A stretch of 64,000 nucleotides of DNA from an uncultured virus (IMG/VR IMGVR_UViG_3300027787_000001) (taxonomy: Duplodnaviria; Heunggongvirae; Uroviricota; Caudoviricetes), in the IMG/VR virus record IMGVR_UViG_3300027787_000001. One strand, written 5' to 3'. The position numbers were made by a program, and so were the translations under genes. The notes below the pieces were generated by a model. It saw only the letters and a list, made by a program, of their open reading frames with translations. It made no database searches and was not told where the DNA came from. Of the stretch, positions 55,881 to 64,000 are shown one piece after another; within the stretch, counting starts at the first letter, position 1, and each line of letters opens with the position of its first letter.

Positions 55881-58226
55881 CTACTGTATCGGTAAATTGG
55901 CCGGTGGTGCGCTGATCGGCCCTGGTTCATTCGTTCCTGGAGGTGCTGCTATGTTCGTGCTGGCCGCCGCCGCCGAACCATTAGGCTTCGCGTGGAGCGG
56001 TTTGCCGATGGGTTTTTGAGGAACTCCGGGAGGAGGTACTGGACTCGTTCCCGGAGGTGGTGCTGGCGGAGAGAGCGCCAACTTATGCTGTTGCCAGAAG
56101 TTTACCACGTTCTGAAAGTTCGGGTTCTCGTCCTGCGCCTGCTGCCCCTCATCGGAGATCATCCATGCCCGCAGGAGGTCCGAGACAATGGCATGGTCAT
56201 CGAATGCATCCACCTGCACGATCTGGCCGGCCAGGAGCTTCTTGACCGCGCGCCGTACTTTCTCTCTCGCAGCTTCAACTGGCGCCCACATGCCTGGCAC
56301 GCCAAGGTAGCGCTGTAACTTGCCAGCATTGAATGGCGAATCGAAACCTACCGCAGTAGAGATCGGCGGAGCGTTGAGCATGATATCCTTGATCCCATCT
56401 CTACGCTCTGCGAAAGTATCCGGCATCCCCGGATCAGCCTCGAAGTGATAGCCTTCGTCGGCCAGTTCCGCAATATCGGCCGTCCTGGAATAGGTCCCAA
56501 GAAACCCTTCATCCGATGCCACGCGAATCTGCCCTGTTCCGTATCGCGCCATCTGCTTAACTGCATTGAGGGTCAACCCGCAGTTGAACGCCCGGATATT
56601 GTCATAGGTGATCGACATCTGCATCAGGGCCATCTGCTTCTCAATCAGAGCCTGCTTTGCCGTCTTCTCAGTGGGGTCGTATCCTCCATAGATCGAGCGA
56701 TTGACGCCCACGAGTTCGCGGCCCATTTCACGCTGCGAGTTCTGTAGATTAGTTACGTCAGGGGAAATTGTGGCAACCGGGAAAGGGTAAACCTGGTCCT
56801 GAAGGCGCACGCCGCCGCCGGGTTTCGTCCAGATGAAGTCTGCCGCATTCGGAGGGCGGTTCTCGAGCGATTCCCGATCCATAATTTCGTTCGACACCAG
56901 AAGCGCCGGTAACTGCTTCATCACCGCCTCTTCCTGCATGTTGACGGTGTTGTTCGTAATGTCCTGGGCCGGAATCTCATCGGTGCAGAGCGCATCAGAC
57001 ATGAGTTTGCTCGATACCGTTGGCTTGCAAATCTCCCAACAGTCGAACAAGTCTTCATCTTTGATGTCCACCAGATCGCCGTTAACGAAGTCCAGCCGAC
57101 AGCCCTTGGGATAGATGTCCTTCATCAGATCGCACAGCTTCTGCTTGCCCTGGACGGCGAATTGCGCCGGTACGTCGCCTTTGATGAGTTCGTAGATCGA
57201 AGGTTTCAGCCAGTTGAGCTCGGAGCGCCAGAGATTAGGATGTGGAAAGCGAACTCCGGTCGGTGACGATAGCGACCCGCGCACCTCGACCCCAGATTGC
57301 TTCGATGAAGTCGTTCCCCCTTCTGATGCTGACTCCAACTTGTCCCTGAGTTGAGGGTACATCGTCACCAGCTTTCCCTTTGGCATGTCGCGTTCGAGCT
57401 TCAGGTATTCCAACTCCAGTTTGGCTGCGGCATAGAACGAGATCGAGACCTCAAGTGCGGAGTAGATATCAAGCTCGACGCTACCGTTTTCGTATTTGTT
57501 GATCTTGCCCGTATCGTGCGGGATCGGTACCGTATCAGGCTTGATGAAATTCTCATCACCTAACGGTCCCCCGCAGGTAGGGCAGGACGCAACGGAACCC
57601 TGCTCGCCTTCGGTAGCCTCATGGCAGGTCGGACATGCGTAACGCCCAGGTGTCAGCGGGACATCCTGCGTCTCGATGACTGGCTCCTCGGTATAACCGT
57701 ACTTTGCTCCGTCGGCGCTGTAGTAGGTCCACCCGAATGCCGGGCCGAGAATCCACAGAATGAACGCCGTCTGCCGCGTCTTCTCATCCATGTTCCATTT
57801 GTCGTGCAAATCCTGCGCCACCACATCGGCCAGAATCGCTTGGCGCTCGCCATCGTCTGACTCGGGGTCGTCGGCCACCGCTCGCACAGTTGGCGCCTTG
57901 CCCATCACCGCGACGGCCTTCAGGCAATCGCCGCGGATGATGTTGAAGACGTAATCGAACTGACCGACCTGGGCATCCGGGCTGAAGTTGTTCGCCAGCG
58001 GAGCGCCAGAGGACCCGAAGTCCGCAAAGTTCGTGCCAATCCACTGCGGGACGATGTTCTGCTTCCCCTCGAAGTAGAGGTGGTTCCTCCGCATCGTGCG
58101 GTAGGTGACGATCTTCTCCTGCTCGCAGTCCGGGTCAACCTCATCGTCGATCAGCTTCTTCAGCGGCGTTTTGAGGAGGATGAGGAGCGTCTTCTTATCG
58201 AGTTGTGGGAGGCCTGGGGCCATCAT
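55881..58226 (-). CDS. Portal protein with Zn-ribbon insertion
   Basis: About 780 aa after TerL; YVFNII, P.VRAVADDP...D, PAQD..N, DDHAI; CPTC..CPTC insertion. Confidence 0.8.
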   Translation of the reverse strand: MMAPGLPQLDKKTLLILLKTPLKKLIDDEVDPDCEQEKIVTYRTMRRNHLYFEGKQNIVPQWIGTNFADFGSSGAPLANNFSPDAQVGQFDYVFNIIRGDCLKAVAVMGKAPTVRAVADDPESDDGERQAILADVVAQDLHDKWNMDEKTRQTAFILWILGPAFGWTYYSADGAKYGYTEEPVIETQDVPLTPGRYACPTCHEATEGEQGSVASCPTCGGPLGDENFIKPDTVPIPHDTGKINKYENGSVELDIYSALEVSISFYAAAKLELEYLKLERDMPKGKLVTMYPQLRDKLESASEGGTTSSKQSGVEVRGSLSSPTGVRFPHPNLWRSELNWLKPSIYELIKGDVPAQFAVQGKQKLCDLMKDIYPKGCRLDFVNGDLVDIKDEDLFDCWEICKPTVSSKLMSDALCTDEIPAQDITNNTVNMQEEAVMKQLPALLVSNEIMDRESLENRPPNAADFIWTKPGGGVRLQDQVYPFPVATISPDVTNLQNSQREMGRELVGVNRSIYGGYDPTEKTAKQALIEKQMALMQMSITYDNIRAFNCGLTLNAVKQMARYGTGQIRVASDEGFLGTYSRTADIAELADEGYHFEADPGMPDTFAERRDGIKDIMLNAPPISTAVGFDSPFNAGKLQRYLGVPGMWAPVEAAREKVRRAVKKLLAGQIVQVDAFDDHAIVSDLLRAWMISDEGQQAQDENPNFQNVVNFWQQHKLALSPPAPPPGTSPVPPPGVPQKPIGKPLHAKPNGSAAAASTNIAAPPGTNEPGPISAPPANLPIQ

Positions 58227-58600
58227 CCGGCTTCTCCGTGTACTGTCTTCCACTGATCCTTAGCCTGCGAGATGAAGTTGAGGGTTTCCTTCTTGCGGAT
58301 CATCGCCGTCTGGCTCATCGGTCGTTCAATCGGTCCCGGCTTCTGCTCAACCGACCGCCCCTCGGGAATGCCCGGCGCCTCAGGATATAGCTTTATGCCG
58401 TACTGCCGCTGCCATTCCACGTTAGCGATCGTCTTCAGCGCGTCCGACAGTTCCTTGTCCTTGCGAGTGAACTGCTCATACCAGCGGTCGCGCTCGTTCT
58501 GAACCGCGATGAGCCGGTCCTCGGCCAGCACGCGGGCGTCGTTGGCAGCATCGAGCAGGCGCTTAAGGGCGATGGGGTTTAGATTGATCGGGAGCATCAC
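58223..58600 (-). CDS. Hypothetical coiled-coil protein
   Basis: Coupled to portal. Confidence 0.65.
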   Translation of the reverse strand: MMLPINLNPIALKRLLDAANDARVLAEDRLIAVQNERDRWYEQFTRKDKELSDALKTIANVEWQRQYGIKLYPEAPGIPEGRSVEQKPGPIERPMSQTAMIRKKETLNFISQAKDQWKTVHGEAG

Positions 58601-58851
58601 TTTGTCATCCGCTCCAGTTCCTGCAGCTCCAGGTCTGTCGCCATACCGCGATGGTCACCCATGAGCCGTAGCTGTTTACGCTTGCCACATTCACACGAAA
58701 GTACAACCAGTGTGTATCCCCACAGGCACCGCAAACTATCGACCGTGTAACAACCCCAGACCGCAGCGGATGGGTTGGCATCGTTGAAAACACACGACAG
58801 CATCCTGAACCTGTGCCCGACGATCAGCGCGTGGTAGAGACGCTTGAGCAT
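58597..58851 (-). CDS. Hypothetical protein
   Basis: TAATG coupling; GH...CECG. Confidence 0.55.
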   Translation of the reverse strand: MLKRLYHALIVGHRFRMLSCVFNDANPSAAVWGCYTVDSLRCLWGYTLVVLSCECGKRKQLRLMGDHRGMATDLELQELERMTK

Positions 58852-59120
58852 TACAGGCCTCCGACGAATCGCATCTGCCAGACCTTGTAGTGGCGGTACC
58901 CGCCGCACTCCCACTCGCGGGCTTTGAGCACATTCCAGTATGAGGGCAACCAAAATAACGCTATACCGTAGAATCTGCCATACCTAGGGACGCCAGTGGT
59001 CCCCCAATCCGGTGCGCCATCCGAAATAAGTAGAGAGAACAGCGGTGTGCTACAAATCAGGTAATCCGCATCGAACTGGAAGCGCCAATACTGCCTCCAG
59101 AGCCAGAGAAGCCGTCTCAC
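58851..59120 (-). CDS. Hypothetical Trp-rich protein
   Basis: GTG start overlapping upstream stop. Confidence 0.45.
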   Translation of the reverse strand: MRRLLWLWRQYWRFQFDADYLICSTPLFSLLISDGAPDWGTTGVPRYGRFYGIALFWLPSYWNVLKAREWECGGYRHYKVWQMRFVGGL

Positions 59121-59386
59121 TAGCTTCCGTAGCCTCCGCCAGCGCCCCCACCGCCCGCTTCCTGCCCTTCGCCCTCGCCGGCCTCTTCGGTCTGCACCGC
59201 GGCCTCGATCTGGTCGCACAGGTCGCGCATCTGCGAGACAAGCCCCATCACCGCATCAGGACCTTTGCCTCCGCCGTCTGCCGCGCCATCGTCCAGACCG
59301 GCGCCCGCTCCGTTCGCTTTTGGTCTCGCCTCAATCGCTACCGACATCATCGGTCGCGGTGGCGGCATTCGTCTGCTTGGTGACAT
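59120..59386 (-). CDS. Small acidic/Gly-rich protein
   Basis: AAGGA RBS before MSPSRR. Confidence 0.55.
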   Translation of the reverse strand: MSPSRRMPPPRPMMSVAIEARPKANGAGAGLDDGAADGGGKGPDAVMGLVSQMRDLCDQIEAAVQTEEAGEGEGQEAGGGGAGGGYGS

Positions 59387-59433
59387 GGTTTTCTTCTTTC
59401 CTTGGTGCTGGCATAGATGGCCAGCGATCTTCC

Positions 59434-59793
59434 CTAGCCTCTCGGAACATCTGCAGCCCCTGTCCTGTAGGCAATACCGAATTTGGCGGCACCCCAAAGC
59501 AACATATCTTCAATTACCTGCTTGGAATCATCTGTGTTTGATCTCGTCTCAACAACTAGAAGCGTGGTGAAGATCGTAAACTTCTGAATCACCTTATTCC
59601 CGGCCTTGCCGTCTTCAAATACAACGCCGTTCGATTCATCAAACTCCTCTGGCTTGGTAGGGAATTTTCTAAACCTGTATCGCTCCACCATCGCCTTAAC
59701 CACGTCAGGGAGAAACACATTTCCTCTCGGGCTGAGATCAAACGTTTCGATATAGGCAAGGGTTCTAGCGAGGACAACTGCGGCGAGTTGCAC
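59434..59793 (-). CDS. Hypothetical accessory protein, possibly truncated
   Basis: Lower-GC ORF between TerL and portal. Confidence 0.55.
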   Translation of the reverse strand: MQLAAVVLARTLAYIETFDLSPRGNVFLPDVVKAMVERYRFRKFPTKPEEFDESNGVVFEDGKAGNKVIQKFTIFTTLLVVETRSNTDDSKQVIEDMLLWGAAKFGIAYRTGAADVPRG

Positions 59794-59797
59794 TAGC

Positions 59798-60061
59798 TTA
59801 TTTTCCCTTGAGTGCTGCTTCCTCTGCTGGTGTCGACTTTACATCCACCGGCAGAATACCGATAGATGCCTGTAGTGTGGCGGCGGCCCGTGTAGCGGGT
59901 GTCGATAACAAATCGTTTACGTTAGAACTCGTGCCACGTGACCCTACAGCCACATCGAAATTATCACGAGACCGGGAACGTTTCTTGGGAGGTCCGGAAA
60001 AGACTCCCACGGCAAAAACAAAAGCCAATATAATAAAAAGACCCACCGATGCTTGCAGCAT
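59798..60061 (-). CDS. Small N-anchored membrane protein
   Basis: Hydrophobic N-terminus, GGAGG RBS. Confidence 0.55.
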   Translation of the reverse strand: MLQASVGLFIILAFVFAVGVFSGPPKKRSRSRDNFDVAVGSRGTSSNVNDLLSTPATRAAATLQASIGILPVDVKSTPAEEAALKGK

Positions 60062-60067
60062 GATGCT

Positions 60068-60226
60068 TTAGTCCTCCCTTTCCGTAGCCGCCAGCACAAA
60101 TGCCGCGAGAAGAAATACTCCGACCAAGAGGAGGCTGGTGTGCCAAAGGGCGTCGGCTGTGGGCATCAATCTCCTCAATATCCTCCCCGCCCTCCACTCG
60201 AACATCATATCCGGTGGGAACATTAG
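60068..60226 (-). CDS. Small membrane protein
   Basis: Hydrophobic C-terminal helix; start approximate. Confidence 0.4.
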   Translation of the reverse strand, partial: LMFPPDMMFEWRAGRILRRLMPTADALWHTSLLLVGVFLLAAFVLAATERED

Positions 60227-62085
60227 GCTGGGTGATCCCATCTGCGCCGGTTCCTCATCGAACCTCGCGCGAATCTTCCCCACGGTAGCGGCCGGTTCTT
60301 CTCCTGATCCAGCAGCGTCTTCTGAACCACCTGGTGCCGTACCATTGGATCGCTCAACACCTCGGCATTGACCACGCCGGCGGCCGCGATGCGCTCCGCG
60401 ATCTGGATATCCAGCGGCTTCTGATTCTCGCGGGACCGGTCACCCATTACGAGATAGCGGGCGCTCTGCAAAGGGTCGTCACCAACGAACTTTCTTATGT
60501 CATGTTTGCCATCGTCATCATGAGTCGCAATTGCCAGAAGCTCTTTCAGCTTTTGGCAGCAATCCCATATCTGGATCTTTGGCAGGACTTCCCGCGGTTT
60601 CTTGTGACGAGCCAAGTATTGCTGGTAAGCGTCCCGGCCTTCACTGAGAAACAGTTCGCGGGCGAAGTCCATGTCTGGCTGCACCTCCGGCTCGATCGGT
60701 GTGAAGCGCATCAACCCATGAAGATACTGCCAGCCGTCCGCGCGCCGGTTATTGGCGCGATAGATGATGATCCGCATGCGGCCATCGAGCGCGTTGTACC
60801 GCTGCTCCATTGACTGCCAGGCCTTTTCCGGTGAACCAAGACGTTGCTCATCGTCCGTCAGATCTACCAGGAACGCGGAGCCAGCTCCCAGCACAATCTC
60901 GATACCGCGGCGAATCTGCTCGGCAAAAGTATACTTCGCGTCAGTTTTAGAGAAACACGACGGGTCGAGATGCAGCGGTATCGTGTGATCCGGCAGCCCT
61001 TCCAGGTCGCTCATGGACATCTTGGCGATCTCAGACCCCAAGACCTCCGAACCCATGCCCTTGATGACAAACTCCCGGTAGATGTGCAGCCTTCCATCGG
61101 CCTTGTTCTGGCAACCCCAATGCACCGACGAGAAGTGATCGTATCCCCAGTCGACACCCATCGTCCGCGGCCACCAGGGAAGCAGATCGGCGCCAAGAAT
61201 GACGTGCCGCGCCTCGGGTGGTTCGCCCGCGAGCGGGCCGTGCGGTCGATACCACTTGAAGTACGGACCCAGCATCGAGTCCCAGTCACCCTCAAGCCAA
61301 GCCCTTCGCGTCGCTTCCGGCTGATCCTTCAGCTGATTGAGATAGTCCTCATTGTGCATCAGATAAGGATTGTCTTTTAGAAACGCCGGGATAAATATTC
61401 TGGTGCGCTTCGTCGCTGCGTCCAGCATCGTTGTCATCGACGGAATCAGGTTCCCGTCCTTGTCCAATACTTTGACGTAGCGTGCGTTAACCCAGGCCGA
61501 CCCCGGACCGTCAGGATTAGTCGTGGCGAAGAATTGGGCCTTAATCTCTGGCATCGTGGAGCGGCAGCATCCGAGAAGTCTCTTGAACAGGTCGAGGTCT
61601 GGAACCTGCGTCAATTCTTCTACCAGAACCTGTTGATATTGTTGCGACTTGTACAACTCGTAGGACTTTGAATCCTTGAGGTGCCCGCCGCGGATGATAT
61701 GGCCGTCCGGCCAGCGGATCTGAAGCGGACGTTCGGCAAACTTGGCGCCAGTCGGCTCGTAGAGCACTCGAGCGCGCGAGATCCACTCGGCCAGATCCTT
61801 TTCATTAGCCCGGATCACTAGACCGCGTAGGTCACGCAGGATACGCGGTTCCTGCGGTTCGATCTCGATCATCCCTGTTTCGGGATTGAATCGTTGAATC
61901 GTCCGATGTTTTACCAGCCAGGCGATGCCGCAGTCTGACTTCGCCCCACCGCGAGCACCACCGTAAAGAACCTCATTCTCCGTGCGTGCCAGAGCTATCG
62001 CCTGCTTCGGCAGAGGTTTCCAGATAATGTTAGGTTGGATTTGGATGCGCCCCGTATCGCAGCCCTTTGCCCTTGGGCGCCTCAC
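60223..62085 (-). CDS. terL: Terminase large subunit
   Basis: VLYGGARGGAKS (Walker A), VLVEELTQ (Walker B), ATTNPDGPG, FIPA.L.DNPYL, GVDWGY, DDPLQSARY. Confidence 0.95.
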   Translation of the reverse strand: MRRPRAKGCDTGRIQIQPNIIWKPLPKQAIALARTENEVLYGGARGGAKSDCGIAWLVKHRTIQRFNPETGMIEIEPQEPRILRDLRGLVIRANEKDLAEWISRARVLYEPTGAKFAERPLQIRWPDGHIIRGGHLKDSKSYELYKSQQYQQVLVEELTQVPDLDLFKRLLGCCRSTMPEIKAQFFATTNPDGPGSAWVNARYVKVLDKDGNLIPSMTTMLDAATKRTRIFIPAFLKDNPYLMHNEDYLNQLKDQPEATRRAWLEGDWDSMLGPYFKWYRPHGPLAGEPPEARHVILGADLLPWWPRTMGVDWGYDHFSSVHWGCQNKADGRLHIYREFVIKGMGSEVLGSEIAKMSMSDLEGLPDHTIPLHLDPSCFSKTDAKYTFAEQIRRGIEIVLGAGSAFLVDLTDDEQRLGSPEKAWQSMEQRYNALDGRMRIIIYRANNRRADGWQYLHGLMRFTPIEPEVQPDMDFARELFLSEGRDAYQQYLARHKKPREVLPKIQIWDCCQKLKELLAIATHDDDGKHDIRKFVGDDPLQSARYLVMGDRSRENQKPLDIQIAERIAAAGVVNAEVLSDPMVRHQVVQKTLLDQEKNRPLPWGRFARGSMRNRRRWDHPA

Positions 62086-62314
62086 CCTTCTCCTCAGGCG
62101 TCAGCTCGATCTCTTTGCCGCAGTGCGGGCAACTCACGACACCGCCATGCTCCAGGTGCTTCAGTGTGATCGCCAGGCGAGCTCTCTGGCCGGCCTTCCC
62201 GCTGTCGTGCTTGTGCTCCTGTTCGTAAGCGGAGTTCGAGACGCCTTCGCGCTTGGCGGCCGCGGTCATGGCGCCTGGATGCTTTATTGCGCCTTGGATA
62301 AAGTGTTCAGCCAT
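62030..62314 (-). CDS. Conserved small phage protein
   Basis: FIQGAIKHPGA...GQRARLAITLK; GAGGT RBS. Confidence 0.75.
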   Translation of the reverse strand: MAEHFIQGAIKHPGAMTAAAKREGVSNSAYEQEHKHDSGKAGQRARLAITLKHLEHGGVVSCPHCGKEIELTPEEKGEAPKGKGLRYGAHPNPT

Positions 62315-62630
62315 GGTCGTTTACCTCACTCAATAAAACTGCGGGTGCGGTTGTGTCGCCCCAGTATCCGATCGGGGTATCTTCGTCGGTGGGCCCAACT
62401 ACCTCAATCCTAAGATCACGCGGGTTCTTGCATCGCCGCTCGACTGCTCTCTTACTGTCGGCCGCTTCGTGATCGACCTCTAAAGTCTGTAGAAGACTGA
62501 TACCGTAAAGACCGCAGGTACAGGACCACCGCGCGGCGAGCTTGGGCCTTTCGCTGTATGGCAATGGGCGCGGGGCGTTTTCGAGTTGTCTGAACAGCAT
62601 GTCGGTAACCGTTGGCTGCCGTTTGCTCAT
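62307..62630 (-). CDS. Hypothetical protein, likely leaderless
   Basis: CATGAT six bases before ATG. Confidence 0.55.
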   Translation of the reverse strand: MSKRQPTVTDMLFRQLENAPRPLPYSERPKLAARWSCTCGLYGISLLQTLEVDHEAADSKRAVERRCKNPRDLRIEVVGPTDEDTPIGYWGDTTAPAVLLSEVNDHG

Positions 62631-62786
62631 GCCGACATCATGCCGATTTCAGCCCGAGAAACAAAAGGAGCCGTTCAAACCACGTGACCCGTCTGCACTC
62701 ACTTGACGACAACTCTCCGCAGCGCCACCGCCAGTAACTATGGTAGCCATGCAGTGGATGGTACATCAGGATGGCTTTCTCGCGTT

Positions 62787-63458
62787 TCATGCCGACTTAG
62801 GGTCAATCACCCGCACCGCGTTCTCGATAGTCAACGGCGCGTGACCGTTAACCTGGTCCGCCGCGTGCCCGTTCGCCTGGCTGACCTGCGGAGCGATCAG
62901 CACCAGCACTTGCGCCGCGGTCGGCCCGTCGCCTTCATCGTCTTTCTTGACCGTCAACGCCCCAACCGCGCCGGCGATCTCCATTGCCATTTTAGCTGAC
63001 CTGGTCGCCGACTCGAGCGCCTGCCAACTCACCGGCTTGATGATCGTGATCCGCGTTTTGCCGTCTTCGTCTTCCTTGACCTCCTGCTGAGTCAACGGCC
63101 ACTTGGCCAGCGTCATCCATTTTTGCAGGATCAGGCCAGCACCGAGCGCGGAATTTTCCCGGTTCTCGATCAGGCGAAGCGCCCAAACATCACCGGCTTG
63201 CTCTACTCGGGCAAGCTGCTTGCCGAGGCTTGCCGCTTGAAGCCTTTCGTCAAAAGCCTTTGCTCGCTCGATCCACTGGAAGTCCTTTACCCACTTAGAG
63301 AATTTGCCAGAGCATTGGCTTGCCCGCGGCTTGCCAGACCACTTGCGGTAGGCCTCACGAAAGGTACGATTCTGCATTTCGCGGTAAAGCACAAAAGCTC
63401 GCCACGCTGGCTCATTCTCATCGGGCAGACGATCCCAGGCATGCTTCTCAGAGGTCAC
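62787..63458 (-). CDS. Putative terminase small subunit
   Basis: WDRLPDE...AWRAFVLYREM...W...FQWIERAKAFD; upstream of TerL. Confidence 0.65.
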   Translation of the reverse strand: MTSEKHAWDRLPDENEPAWRAFVLYREMQNRTFREAYRKWSGKPRASQCSGKFSKWVKDFQWIERAKAFDERLQAASLGKQLARVEQAGDVWALRLIENRENSALGAGLILQKWMTLAKWPLTQQEVKEDEDGKTRITIIKPVSWQALESATRSAKMAMEIAGAVGALTVKKDDEGDGPTAAQVLVLIAPQVSQANGHAADQVNGHAPLTIENAVRVIDPKSA

Positions 63459-63976
63459 GGCTTGAACCTATGCCCGCAACTGGGGCACTTCACGCTCTTG
63501 TCTTTTCCCGCTGCCTCTGGCTGCTCGTCAACCAGTTTGCGCCCCATGTCGTCCATGATCTCCTGCAGCGCCTCTTCGTCAAACCCTGTTCCTTTCAGGT
63601 CACCTTGATCTGATCTAATGGATTCAAGCAGTTCCGCAAGTTCCTGCGGGTTGTCGACGCCGAGCCGCGCCGTCCGGTTGTCTGCCAGCATGAAACACAG
63701 GGCGGTAGCATCATCCAAGTCGGCCCAGATCACCGGGAATTGAATCAACCCCCGTTCCTTGGCCGCCAGCCAGCGATGCTTGCCAGCCACAATGTAGCCG
63801 GTCGAGCGCTGCACCACCGCGGCCCCGATGAATCCGTTAACCTCAATGCTTTCAATGATACAACCGACATCGCCTTCATTCGTATTTTTGGGATGCGGCT
63901 GCACTGAGTCAATATCGACCAACTCGTAGGTCTGTTCCGCCACAGTTACCGTTGCGGTTTCTCTTTTTCTCCCCAT
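63455..63976 (-). CDS. ParB/Srx-like N-terminal domain protein
   Basis: PHPKN, I.ESI..NGF, IVAGKHRW.AA, LADNRTA, C-terminal CPSCG. Confidence 0.88.
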   Translation of the reverse strand: MGRKRETATVTVAEQTYELVDIDSVQPHPKNTNEGDVGCIIESIEVNGFIGAAVVQRSTGYIVAGKHRWLAAKERGLIQFPVIWADLDDATALCFMLADNRTARLGVDNPQELAELLESIRSDQGDLKGTGFDEEALQEIMDDMGRKLVDEQPEAAGKDKSVKCPSCGHRFKP

Positions 63977-64000
63977 CGAAGTGGTGTATAGTGCTCAGTA

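Larger units (their letters stand above)
1..64000. mobile_element. Temperate podovirus-like phage/prophage (both ends extend beyond the window)
   Basis: Replication/recombination genes on +; TerS-TerL-portal-scaffold-capsid-lysis-ejection genes on -; no host housekeeping genes, integrase or att site seen. Confidence 0.92.

Overview
The whole window looks like a temperate podovirus-like (P22/HK97-fold, no tape measure) phage or prophage; an Acidobacteriota-type host is a guess from gene style only. It has three blocks. (i) 1-12.2 kb, + strand: tightly coupled early/middle genes (pentapeptide-repeat protein, SSB-like protein, Gp157-like protein, RusA-like resolvase, NPPY adenine methyltransferase, replication initiator with an inserted HNH domain, SAM methyltransferase, many small hypotheticals). 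(ii) 12.2-20.1 kb: an accessory island with a 3969-bp IS1-family element (perfect 27-bp IRs, passenger genes), several orphan IS ends, two KGG-motif basic proteins, a DUF488 gene, an irregular tRNA-like gene and a possible toxin-antitoxin pair. (iii) 20.1-64 kb, - strand: the late operon (ParB-like, TerS, TerL, portal, scaffold, major capsid, lysis genes, adaptor/nozzle, ejection proteins, fibre-like proteins). No integrase or repressor is visible. The most notable observations are: a counter-oriented two-gene moron (45924-46428) whose products carry segments resembling this phage's own major capsid protein, one behind a twin-arginine-like N-terminus (candidate capsid-decoy system); at least seven late-operon proteins with Sec signal peptides; a 9/4-type tRNA-like gene; nested IS1 ends; and eight phased GGGG tracts at a virion gene start. 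All product calls come from motif recognition by eye, with no database searches.
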